Assembly: GCA_964565525.1 (NCBI GenBank) | Contig: CAZMFG010000001.1 | Location: 1-48,220 of the forward strand | DNA from: an uncultured Thermodesulfobacteriota bacterium | Lineage (GTDB): Bacteria; Desulfobacterota; B13-G15; RBG-16-54-18 | Length of the DNA: 48,220 bases | Direction of reading: 5' to 3' | Shown here: positions 1 to 7,916 of the stretch, piece after piece | How the letters are laid out: the number at the start of each line of letters is the position of its first letter | Numbering within the stretch: position 1 is the first letter of the stretch | Made by a program: the position numbers and the translations under genes | The notes under the pieces: generated by a model | Told to the model about the DNA's origin: nothing | The model's database searches: none | Seen by the model: the letters and a program-made list of their open reading frames with translations, nothing else

Positions 1-695
1 CGGTCCTCGGGAACGATGATCTCCCACCTCAAGGGGGGGTTGTCAATAAACTGCTCTTTTGTGTACCCCGTAATGCGCTCGGCGGAAGACGACATGTAGC
101 GGATCGTTTCGTCGGGGTTCACCCAATACTCCCAATCGTAGGTGAAATCGGTTATTATCCGGTATGCAAAATCGACCTCCTCCAATTCCAAGCGCACAAC
201 CTGCTCTCGCTCGGCGGCGCCGAAAATGATGCGCAGATCTCCTTCAACGATGTGCTGGAATTCATAGAGTAAATCTTTGTAGGTCGAGGCCTGTGGGTTG
301 TCCTTGCTATCGAGCACACAAATTGTGCCGAAGATCTCACCGTCGGGCCATGTCAGAGGGAACCCAAGGTAGTAGGTCATGCCCACCTCAATATCCGGAT
401 TGTGCTCCCACTGAGGGTCTTTGAGCGCATCGGGAACCAACAGGGGCGAGAGTTGCTTCATGACCGTTTCACAGTACAGCCCGGTATTGAGGTTCGCCCG
501 TTCCCCTTGCTTATAGGGGTTGCCCTCGGTTGCGCTTGATATAAAGACCTCGATCTGCGGCGGATCGACCCGCATGATGAGCCCTGCCGGCACGCCTACT
601 GTCTTAGCCATGAGGTCTACGACCCGTTGCCACTTAACGGCAAACTCATCAGGGATGGCGGGCTTTTTGGATGTCTTCTTGGCTTTGTCATGCAT
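1..695 (-). CDS. GAF-PAS sensor protein, N-terminal part (3' end runs off the window)
   Basis: Absent from the ORF track because there is no stop inside the window. Hand translation of the minus strand from ATG (695..693) reads MHDKAKKTSKKPAIPDEFAVKWQRVVDLMAKTVGVPAGLIMRVDPPQIEVF...NTGLYCETVMKQLSPLLVPDALKDPQWEHNPD...YYLGFPLTWPDGEIFGTICVLDSKDNP (GAF-like). This is followed by ...DFAYRIITDFTYDWEYWVNPDETIRYMSSSAERITGYTKEQFIDNP (PAS-like). The frame stays open to nt 1. Confidence 0.75.
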   Translation of the reverse strand, partial: MHDKAKKTSKKPAIPDEFAVKWQRVVDLMAKTVGVPAGLIMRVDPPQIEVFISSATEGNPYKQGERANLNTGLYCETVMKQLSPLLVPDALKDPQWEHNPDIEVGMTYYLGFPLTWPDGEIFGTICVLDSKDNPQASTYKDLLYEFQHIVEGDLRIIFGAAEREQVVRLELEEVDFAYRIITDFTYDWEYWVNPDETIRYMSSSAERITGYTKEQFIDNPPLRWEIIVPED

Positions 696-861
696 ACGAG
701 TATATACTCCCTACCCCCTTGTGGAGCGTGTATGGGAACCTGTTTCGGTGAGCACGAGTGTTCACCGGCACAAACCTCATGATGTCTAGAAATAGTATAA
801 TCTAACAGCGATAATAGCAAGATGAGAAAGGCAAGGCCTTTGAAAACGCTGCCTGTGCGCC

Positions 862-1845
862 CTATTCGAAGGCAAACTCCTTCTCGTAAAAGACCCGCAG
901 ACAGGCATCGACAACCACGGGATCATACAGCGTGCCCTTGTTGTGCAGGATTTCCTCCAATGCCTCCCCGATGCCATGGGCCGGTCGGTAGGGCCGGTGT
1001 GAGGCCATAGCCTCCACCACGTCGGCTACCGCCAAGATCCGCGCCTCCAACATGATCTCATCACCCGAAAGTCCCTGAGGATAGCCGGTACCATCGAGCA
1101 ATTCATGGTGTTGCAGGACGATTTTGGCAATCGGCCGAGAATACTCGATCCCATATAATATATCATGACCTATTTGGGGATGGGCCTCAATGATATTGAA
1201 CTCGGGTTCGCTTAATCGAGTGGGCTTGATGAGGATCTCAGTCGGGACATTTACCTTGCCGATATCATGAACAATGGCTGCCAGACGGAGCCTCTCGATC
1301 TTGCCCGTAGGAAGTCTCATTTCCCCGGCAATGGCACAGGCGAGCTTTGCCACCCTTTTTTGGTGACCGGCGGTAAAGGGATCCCGTATCTCGGTTACCG
1401 CGGCGATGGCACCGATTGTTTTTTCCAGACTCTTTTTTAATCTCTCAACGCCCTTCTTGAGCTTCTTTTCCGTTTGGGAGTGTTTGGTAATTTCATCCTG
1501 CAGCTGTCTGTTCGCTGTGGCAAGCTCGGCCGTGCGCATCCTCACCTGCAGTTCTAAGCTGTTATAGGCGTCCAACAATTCCTTCTCCGCCAGGCCGAGC
1601 TTTTGCGTAAGCCGCAACAGGGAATACACAATGGGTGGGGACACAAGGGCAGGGACAAGGATGGAGGAGAAAATGCCAACAGGCACAAATGCATCTAAAA
1701 GAGTACCAATGAGCCAATACAACAAAAAGGAAGAGAGCATGGCGCACAAGGTAGCCATAATTATCACCTTAATGATTCCGAACCTCCGCAGGAAGTTGCG
1801 CAGCATTATCTCTCGCTTTATCCGTCGTGCAGCTCTATCACGCAT
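862..1845 (-). CDS. Membrane-anchored HD-GYP domain protein (putative c-di-GMP phosphodiesterase)
   Basis: 327-aa ORF with N-terminal hydrophobic helices (IIMATLCAMLSSFLLYWLIGTLL, VPALVSPPIVYSLL) and a coiled-coil-like linker. HD-GYP signatures are AAIVHDIGKV and HHELLDGTGYPQGL. The start could instead be the internal Met14. Confidence 0.85.
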   Translation of the reverse strand: MRDRAARRIKREIMLRNFLRRFGIIKVIIMATLCAMLSSFLLYWLIGTLLDAFVPVGIFSSILVPALVSPPIVYSLLRLTQKLGLAEKELLDAYNSLELQVRMRTAELATANRQLQDEITKHSQTEKKLKKGVERLKKSLEKTIGAIAAVTEIRDPFTAGHQKRVAKLACAIAGEMRLPTGKIERLRLAAIVHDIGKVNVPTEILIKPTRLSEPEFNIIEAHPQIGHDILYGIEYSRPIAKIVLQHHELLDGTGYPQGLSGDEIMLEARILAVADVVEAMASHRPYRPAHGIGEALEEILHNKGTLYDPVVVDACLRVFYEKEFAFE

Positions 1846-2165
1846 TGTCTCTCTCTGGCCTCAGTATCATACGCAGTTGTTGTCATCCATATAGTGCGGC
1901 AATGATACCGACAATACCCCTCACAATAATCTAAATATAATATGCAATAAATATGCCTTATATGGCACTATAAGCCCTATAACTACACGATATAACTGTA
2001 AAAACAAGATAACAGATGCCCAGCCGTCTGACAATATAAAAATACGTCACGATACGTGTTTCGTACATTGACATTATCCAAGGGCTGGGGTAATGATATC
2101 GTACGTACCATTACCATCTCTTACTTTGTCCTAATACTTGTCATGCTACTCAAGCGAGACCGGAG

Positions 2166-4334
2166 ATGAGAATTAAACCCTTCGCTTTTTTGACTGCGGC
2201 CTTAATGCTCTGCATCCTCGTATCTCCTGCGTACGCAACCGATCGGTACGCTGCGGAAACGGGAAAGGGATGCATATTTTGCCACCAGGAGAGTACCGGC
2301 GGGCCGCTCAAGGCCGTCGGCCTTGCCTATATAAAGAACGGCTATCAGTACCCCATCCCCGAGCGGATACTGGATAAGGCCGATGCCCTGCAGGGGCCCG
2401 TTCATACAACACTGAGGTTCATCATCGGATACCTTCATCTCCTGGCGGCCGTCGTATTTTTTGGCGCCATCTTCTATATACACATCTTTATCAGGCCTGC
2501 TCGGCTGATCGGGGGGATTCCAAAACATGAGCGCATCCTCGGCGTCACCTGCATGGTCACCCTTGCCCTCACCGGCACCTATCTGACATGGTCGCGTATC
2601 AGCAGATGGGGGCAGTTTTTCGACAACACCTTCGGCCTCATGCTCTTTGTCAAGATCCTCCTCTTTCTCACAATGGTAGGTATCGGCATTGCCGCCATCA
2701 CGGCCATCAACCGACGCATGCGCAGAGATACGCACGCGTCCGAGGGCCCTCCCGATGCCGATCACATCACCCGTGCCGATGTAGGCTATTTTGACGGCAC
2801 TGATGGCAAGCCCGCCTATGTGCTCTATCAGAATAAGATCTACGATGTCACGGCGAGTCCCAAATGGAAAAAGGGGAGGCACATGGGCAGACATGGTGCG
2901 GGCACGGACCTCACCGAGGCCCTGGCAGGGGCGCCTCACGGCGTAGAGGTCCTGAAAAACGTGAAGTATGTGGGAAAAGTCGCCGAGACAGGAGACATGG
3001 CTCAAGGTCTTACCTTCGCCCAAAAAACCTTTGTCAAGATGGCCTACGCCAATCTGGTGATTATCTTCTTGATCCTCGGTTGCATCAGCGTGTGGCGGTG
3101 GGGTTTTCCCGTGCGCTTGATCCCTGAGACGCGTGCCGCCGTCCTCACCGGGGATACCTGTATCGAATGCCATCAAGAGATAACCCCCGGCATCTACCAG
3201 GATTGGAAGGCGAGCGTTCACGCAAAGGTGGACGTGGGCTGTTATCAGTGTCACAAGGCCGGCGAGGCGGATACTCTCGTCAGCAAGGCCCACCTGGAGA
3301 ACACCCCCGCCCCCATCGCTGTGGTGGTAACCCCTCAGCAATGCGGCGGCTGCCATCCGAAGGAAGCAGCCCAGTACGCACAGAGCAAACACGCACACAC
3401 CCACGAGATCATATGGAAGATCGATCGCTGGCTCAATGACGGTATGAACAACGCCATCGAACGCACAACCGGATGTTACGCCTGTCACGGCACCGTGGTG
3501 AAGCTCACCGAGGGTACACCTCTACCGGGCACGTGGCCTAACGTCGGCGTAGGCAGAAAAAATCCGGACGGCAGTCTCGGCAGCTGCACGAGCTGCCACA
3601 CCAGGCATAAATTTTCAGTAGTAGAAGCGAGGAAACCAGAGGCCTGCGACCAGTGTCACCTCGGACCTGATCATCCCCAGATCGAGATCTACAACGAGTC
3701 CAAGCACGGGACCATCTACCATGCCGAGGGCCAGGGGTGGAACTGGCGTCCTGATGATGGGCACTGGCAGGCGGGGAGAGACTATCGGGCGCCGACCTGT
3801 GCAACATGCCACATGTCAGCGGCGGCCGATGTGGCCGCAACGCACGACGTCACCGAGCGGCTTGCCTGGGAGCTACAGGCCCCCTTGACCGTGAGGCCGG
3901 AGGAATTCAAGCCCTTCCCCGCAGATACCAATTGGAAGGCCGAACGGGAAAAGATGAAAAGGGTGTGCCTGCAGTGCCATGCCCGGCAATGGACCGATGC
4001 CCATTTTGTGAACCTCGATGAGGTGGTGGGCAATTACAACGACACGTACTTCAAACCGATAAAGGGGGTAATCGATTCTCTCTACACAGCGGGCCTCCTT
4101 TCAAACCGCAGCTATTTTGACGAGGAACTCGAATGGCAATTTTATGAGTTCTGGCACCATGAAGGGCGCCGGGCCCGGATGGGGGCCGCCATGATGGCGC
4201 CTGATTACGCCTGGTGGCACGGCTTTTATGAGCTGAAACACCGCTTCAACCATATTAATCAAAAAGCGGAAGAACTGCAAAAAGCGGGGAAGGTTTATAG
4301 GTACAAAAAATTTCCCGGGAGATTTGAACAATAG
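2166..4334 (+). CDS. Membrane-spanning multiheme cytochrome c: N-terminal c-heme, 3 TM helices, cytochrome-b5-like domain, TM helix, HAO-family-like octaheme module
   Basis: 722-aa ORF with signal peptide ..ILVSPAYA/TD. Nine CxxCH motifs: CIFCH at aa 36, then CIECH, CYQCH, CGGCH, CYACH, CTSCH, CDQCH, CATCH and CLQCH between aa 332 and 605. The b5-like heme/steroid-binding pattern is FDGTDGKPAYVLYQNKIYDVTASPKWKKGRHMGRHGAGTDLTEALAGAPHG. The C-terminal ..APDYAWWHGFYE is typical of hydroxylamine-oxidoreductase-family octahemes. Confidence 0.9.
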   Translation: MRIKPFAFLTAALMLCILVSPAYATDRYAAETGKGCIFCHQESTGGPLKAVGLAYIKNGYQYPIPERILDKADALQGPVHTTLRFIIGYLHLLAAVVFFGAIFYIHIFIRPARLIGGIPKHERILGVTCMVTLALTGTYLTWSRISRWGQFFDNTFGLMLFVKILLFLTMVGIGIAAITAINRRMRRDTHASEGPPDADHITRADVGYFDGTDGKPAYVLYQNKIYDVTASPKWKKGRHMGRHGAGTDLTEALAGAPHGVEVLKNVKYVGKVAETGDMAQGLTFAQKTFVKMAYANLVIIFLILGCISVWRWGFPVRLIPETRAAVLTGDTCIECHQEITPGIYQDWKASVHAKVDVGCYQCHKAGEADTLVSKAHLENTPAPIAVVVTPQQCGGCHPKEAAQYAQSKHAHTHEIIWKIDRWLNDGMNNAIERTTGCYACHGTVVKLTEGTPLPGTWPNVGVGRKNPDGSLGSCTSCHTRHKFSVVEARKPEACDQCHLGPDHPQIEIYNESKHGTIYHAEGQGWNWRPDDGHWQAGRDYRAPTCATCHMSAAADVAATHDVTERLAWELQAPLTVRPEEFKPFPADTNWKAEREKMKRVCLQCHARQWTDAHFVNLDEVVGNYNDTYFKPIKGVIDSLYTAGLLSNRSYFDEELEWQFYEFWHHEGRRARMGAAMMAPDYAWWHGFYELKHRFNHINQKAEELQKAGKVYRYKKFPGRFEQ

Positions 4335-4377
4335 CCCCTGCCCCTGTTTGGCTGCGAACAGCGACAACAACCAAGCC

Positions 4378-5718
4378 TCAAAAATAGTAGGTGGCCCACA
4401 GAAAGACGCTGTCTTGCCCCCGGAGTTGGAAGGGAGTACCGGGTATCCTGAACCCGCCGTATTCCGTCCCCTGGCGACCGTAATACACATTCCCCCCCAC
4501 GGTGACCTGGACATCCTGCAAACAATCCCACACCATCCGGGGTTGCACCACACCCGAGGGATCGGCCAGGTTGTTGATCACCGTCAGGTATAAGTTGAGC
4601 AGGGGGTGCAGCTCCACCCTGAGGTGGCCGCTCAGGTAAGTCCTCCCTAAGGTAAAAAGCTCCCCCCGGTCCACCCGTTCGCGGACATCCTGATCGAGCA
4701 GGGCCGAGGGGTAATCTGCTTCCCCGATGCCGCTGTAGAAAAACTCCACGAATCCATACCAGTTCTTCTTCCACCATACCCACGAGTAATCCATGTTGGC
4801 CACCAGGGAGAAATAGTAGTCTTTACCCCTCGTATCGTTCAGAATGGTCCATATCCCATCCACGCGCCAGGCCGCACCCCCCAGGTATCCCGTACTACCG
4901 ATACCAAACACCGCATCTTCGTAGTGCTTGGCAGCCATGATGTCAAACTCTGTTGTGCCCCAGGCGAAGTGAATCTTTCCGGCGAGTGAGGAATGGTTCC
5001 ATTGCACGGTATCCTTGAACGGGTCTTTCCTCGGCACATAGAGAAGGTGGACACCGCCTCTGGTACCCAGGTTGACGTGGACCGAGGCCATATCGTCGCC
5101 GACCTTGTAATCCCGCTCAATGTCCGTCGGCGCAAAGGGGTTACAGATGTCCATTGGGTTAAAGAGCAGACCGTTTCCCCACGTCACCGCCTGCCTGCCG
5201 ATGGTGACAACACCCCATGTCGGCAGCAGGGTCAGGGAGAGCCGGTCGAACCGATGGTAGAGGATATACTGGCCGTCCTCGTGGATGGTCCAGGTCAGGT
5301 CCATCAGACGGCGATCGTCCTCCAGGGGGCCGGCGATCATGAGACCCGTGGTGAAGAGGGAGGGGTAGAGGTCTTGCAACTCTTTCAGCTTGCGCCGGGT
5401 ATCACCCCCTGAGAGGATGGTCTCATGGTGGGCCTCGAAATACCCCCACGTCCCCAAGGAGACCTTGCCCTTAAGCCTGGCCTCGGCGGAGCCGTCATAG
5501 TGCGGTCCGGTGCCTACCGGCTGGAAGAATGACTCCGCGTCGGCCCATGAGATCCCCCCCCGCGCCTTAAGGTGTCCGCCCAATTCCCAGTCGATCTTCT
5601 CGTACCAGGGTTCAGTCTGCGTTTCAGCATCAGGAGTTGCGGCTTGAGGGGTGTCATCGGATGATGCCCGTGCGTAACGCGGAGAAATGAAGATAAATGA
5701 AACGCCTGCGAGCAACAA
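4378..5718 (-). CDS. Putative outer-membrane beta-barrel protein (alginate-export / DUF1302-like)
   Basis: 446-aa ORF rich in alternating aromatic/Gly beta-strand-like sequence. It carries a GRQAVTWGNGLLFNPMD motif and a C-terminal ..VFLWATYYF ending in Phe, as in barrel proteins. It is the last gene of the ABC cluster. The track start is a TTG; the true N-terminus is probably further upstream (see finding on the G6 tract). Confidence 0.6.
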   Translation of the reverse strand: MLLAGVSFIFISPRYARASSDDTPQAATPDAETQTEPWYEKIDWELGGHLKARGGISWADAESFFQPVGTGPHYDGSAEARLKGKVSLGTWGYFEAHHETILSGGDTRRKLKELQDLYPSLFTTGLMIAGPLEDDRRLMDLTWTIHEDGQYILYHRFDRLSLTLLPTWGVVTIGRQAVTWGNGLLFNPMDICNPFAPTDIERDYKVGDDMASVHVNLGTRGGVHLLYVPRKDPFKDTVQWNHSSLAGKIHFAWGTTEFDIMAAKHYEDAVFGIGSTGYLGGAAWRVDGIWTILNDTRGKDYYFSLVANMDYSWVWWKKNWYGFVEFFYSGIGEADYPSALLDQDVRERVDRGELFTLGRTYLSGHLRVELHPLLNLYLTVINNLADPSGVVQPRMVWDCLQDVQVTVGGNVYYGRQGTEYGGFRIPGTPFQLRGQDSVFLWATYYF

Positions 5719-5823
5719 CCCAATAGCTAGTAAGGACTTTTTAAAAACCGTAGTGACTGCCCCCCTCGTGTTTTTCGGTTGCAGTTTTTGTCATCGCCTG
5801 AAGGCTGAAGGCCCTCCTGCCTC

Positions 5824-6513
5824 TCACCCCTTCCGGACCGTTTCTTCCCAAATGCGGCCGTCTTTGAGCTGGATGAGCCGGCGGGCATAGTCCATGACCA
5901 TCTGGTCGTGGGTGGAAAAGATAAAGGTGACCTGTTTCTTCTCGTTCATCTGCTTCATGATCTCCAGAAGACTCGCCCCGGTCTTGGAATCAAGGTTGGC
6001 AGTTGGCTCGTCCGCCAGGACAATGGACGGATCGGATACAATGGACCGGGCCACCGCCACCCGCTGCTGCTGCCCGCCGGAGAGCTCGGCAGGACGACGG
6101 TCGTACATCCCCCCAAGGCCCACCTCGTCTAGGATGGCCCTGGCCCGTTCCCTGCGCTCGGCGGGCGGCACGCCCTGCAGGAGCATGACGAACTCCACGT
6201 TTTCTTGCGCCGAGAGGACCGGAATGAGATTATAGGCCTGGAACACAAAACCGACCTTATGCAGACGCAATTGTGCCAGTTGCGATTGACGCATGGTATT
6301 GAGGACATTCCCATCCACCACGATGCGCCCGGAATCCGCAGAGTCCAACCCCCCGATGATGTTCAGGAGGGTGGTCTTCCCCGAGCCCGAAGGCCCGGCT
6401 ATGGCCACAAATTCCCCTTTTTTAATGGAGAGGCTCACGCCGTCGAGCGCCTTGACTGCCACGGTGTCCTGTTGGTAGGCCTTTTTGACCTTGGTGCATG
6501 TTACCATTGCCAT
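5824..6513 (-). CDS. ABC transporter ATP-binding protein (LolD/MacB-type)
   Basis: Walker [10 protein letters not shown], signature [13 protein letters not shown], Walker [10 protein letters not shown] moved the start from 6546 to the ATG at 6513 (MAMVTCTKV...) because AAGGAG lies 7 nt upstream of it. Confidence 0.9.
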   Translation of the reverse strand: MAMVTCTKVKKAYQQDTVAVKALDGVSLSIKKGEFVAIAGPSGSGKTTLLNIIGGLDSADSGRIVVDGNVLNTMRQSQLAQLRLHKVGFVFQAYNLIPVLSAQENVEFVMLLQGVPPAERRERARAILDEVGLGGMYDRRPAELSGGQQQRVAVARSIVSDPSIVLADEPTANLDSKTGASLLEIMKQMNEKKQVTFIFSTHDQMVMDYARRLIQLKDGRIWEETVRKG

Positions 6514-6562
6514 CGCGGATCTCCTTCCATGAGCGATCAGGATCAACTCAAAACATCGTGCC

Positions 6563-7798
6563 TCACGTATGTGCCAGGGCCTCCACCGGGGTGAACCGGG
6601 CCGCCTTCACGGCCGGGTACAGGCTCACCACCAACCCCAAGATGAACACCACCAGGTTGGCCATTAAAACGTCTTGGCCTACGATATGGGGATAGATTAC
6701 CCGGGACATACCCCAATATTCCATGCCCGCGGCGAGCGCAGAGAGGTCGATGCCGGTCCCGGAAAGGACGAGGACACTCAAAAACCCCACCGCATTGCCG
6801 ATGGCCATGCCGAGTATCAAGAGACAGAATGATTCGACGAGAACCCCTCTGACGATCCACCACGGCTTCATGCCGAGAGCCTTGAGCAGACCGAACTCCT
6901 TGATCCGTTCGAACACCGCCATCAACGTGGTGTTCACGATGCCGAATCCCATGGCGATAAAAACGACTAAAAACCACAAGAAGATGAACCAGTCGTATAT
7001 CTTCATGATGGCGGAGACCATGGGGAGGATCTCTTGCCAGGTATTGACTTCATACTCTGCTGCGGGGAGCTCGGCCCGTAAGGTGTCGGCCACATGGTCT
7101 GCCTCGCCGTGCTCGGCAAGGAGGACGACGAACTCGGAGATCCCGTGTGATAACCGCAGCATCTCCTGCGCTGCGGGGAGGGTGACGAAGACGAACTGTT
7201 TCTCCGTGGCCTCCATCTCGGCCCGGTAGACCCCGACGATGCGGAAGGCCCGTGAGGCTATCTCTCCCTCGGTATCTTGGGACATAAGGATCAGCTTGTA
7301 GCCCAAGTGGGTATCGAACCGCTCTGCCAGGGCCTGGCCTACCACAATCCCGTAGGGGTCGTCGGACTTCAGATAGCGCCCCTCCGTAATTGCCCCCCCG
7401 ATGAACGAGACGGCCGCCTCTCGTGGGGGATCGATACCCACCATGGTGACACCGGTGGAGTGCCGGGCATTGCTCGCGATGGCGCTGACTCGAACCCGGG
7501 GGACCCACTGGGCGTCGGGGGGCAGGACTGCGGTGAGGGCGGCCTCCACCCGGGCAGGATTTTCTATGCTGTTCTGGACGGCCGGATCGCTTCGGTACCC
7601 CTTCTCGTGCACCTGGACATGCCCGGTGAGGGTGGCGATGCCGTTGCGGACGAACTGGTCGGCGATCCCCCGCATGAGGGCGCCCAAGAAGATCATGCTC
7701 CAGACCCCGATGACGACCGCCGTCAAGATGACCAGGGTCCTGCGGCGATTGCGCCAGATGTTTCGCCATCCTATTTGCAAAAACATGAAAAAATTCAT
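6563..7798 (-). CDS. ABC transporter permease, FtsX/LolC-LolE-MacB type (copy 2)
   Basis: 411 aa. One N-terminal TM, a large periplasmic loop, then three C-terminal TMs with the FtsX-type motif FERIKEFGLLKALGMKP. Same strand and next to the ATPase. Confidence 0.85.
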   Translation of the reverse strand: MNFFMFLQIGWRNIWRNRRRTLVILTAVVIGVWSMIFLGALMRGIADQFVRNGIATLTGHVQVHEKGYRSDPAVQNSIENPARVEAALTAVLPPDAQWVPRVRVSAIASNARHSTGVTMVGIDPPREAAVSFIGGAITEGRYLKSDDPYGIVVGQALAERFDTHLGYKLILMSQDTEGEIASRAFRIVGVYRAEMEATEKQFVFVTLPAAQEMLRLSHGISEFVVLLAEHGEADHVADTLRAELPAAEYEVNTWQEILPMVSAIMKIYDWFIFLWFLVVFIAMGFGIVNTTLMAVFERIKEFGLLKALGMKPWWIVRGVLVESFCLLILGMAIGNAVGFLSVLVLSGTGIDLSALAAGMEYWGMSRVIYPHIVGQDVLMANLVVFILGLVVSLYPAVKAARFTPVEALAHT

Positions 7799-7832
7799 CT
7801 CTGTATTATTAAAACCTACCTGTCGCCCTGCT

Positions 7833-7916
7833 CACCGATCACCGGCCACTTGTCCCTCCCCACCGATCACCGTTTACTGATCACTGGTCACTGATTACTG
7901 ATACACTCTACACCGC
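7833..7916. repeat. Tandem heptanucleotide array (about 10 good plus 2 degenerate units, consensus CACYGRT on the plus strand)
   Basis: Read in strict period 7 from 7833: caccgat caccggc cacttgt ccctccc caccgat caccgtt tactgat cactggt cactgat tactgat acactct acaccgc. It fills most of the 109-nt spacer between the two permease genes and runs into the stop region of the upstream one. Confidence 0.8.

Noticed and set aside
2068-2081. FNR/CRP-family box TTGACattaTCCAA upstream of the multiheme gene.
   Set aside because: Only the left half-site fits TTGAT-N4-ATCAA, and the right half matches 3 of 5 positions. It is kept only as part of the low-interest note on that spacer.
7277-7894. Plus-strand ORFs (7277..7894 and 7401..7880) that read the heptamer array as a peptide repeat (..SPITGHLSLPTDHRLLITGH).
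   Set aside because: They are antisense to the permease gene for most of their length. The 7-bp period shifts frame at every unit, so the apparent peptide repeat is a by-product of the DNA repeat.
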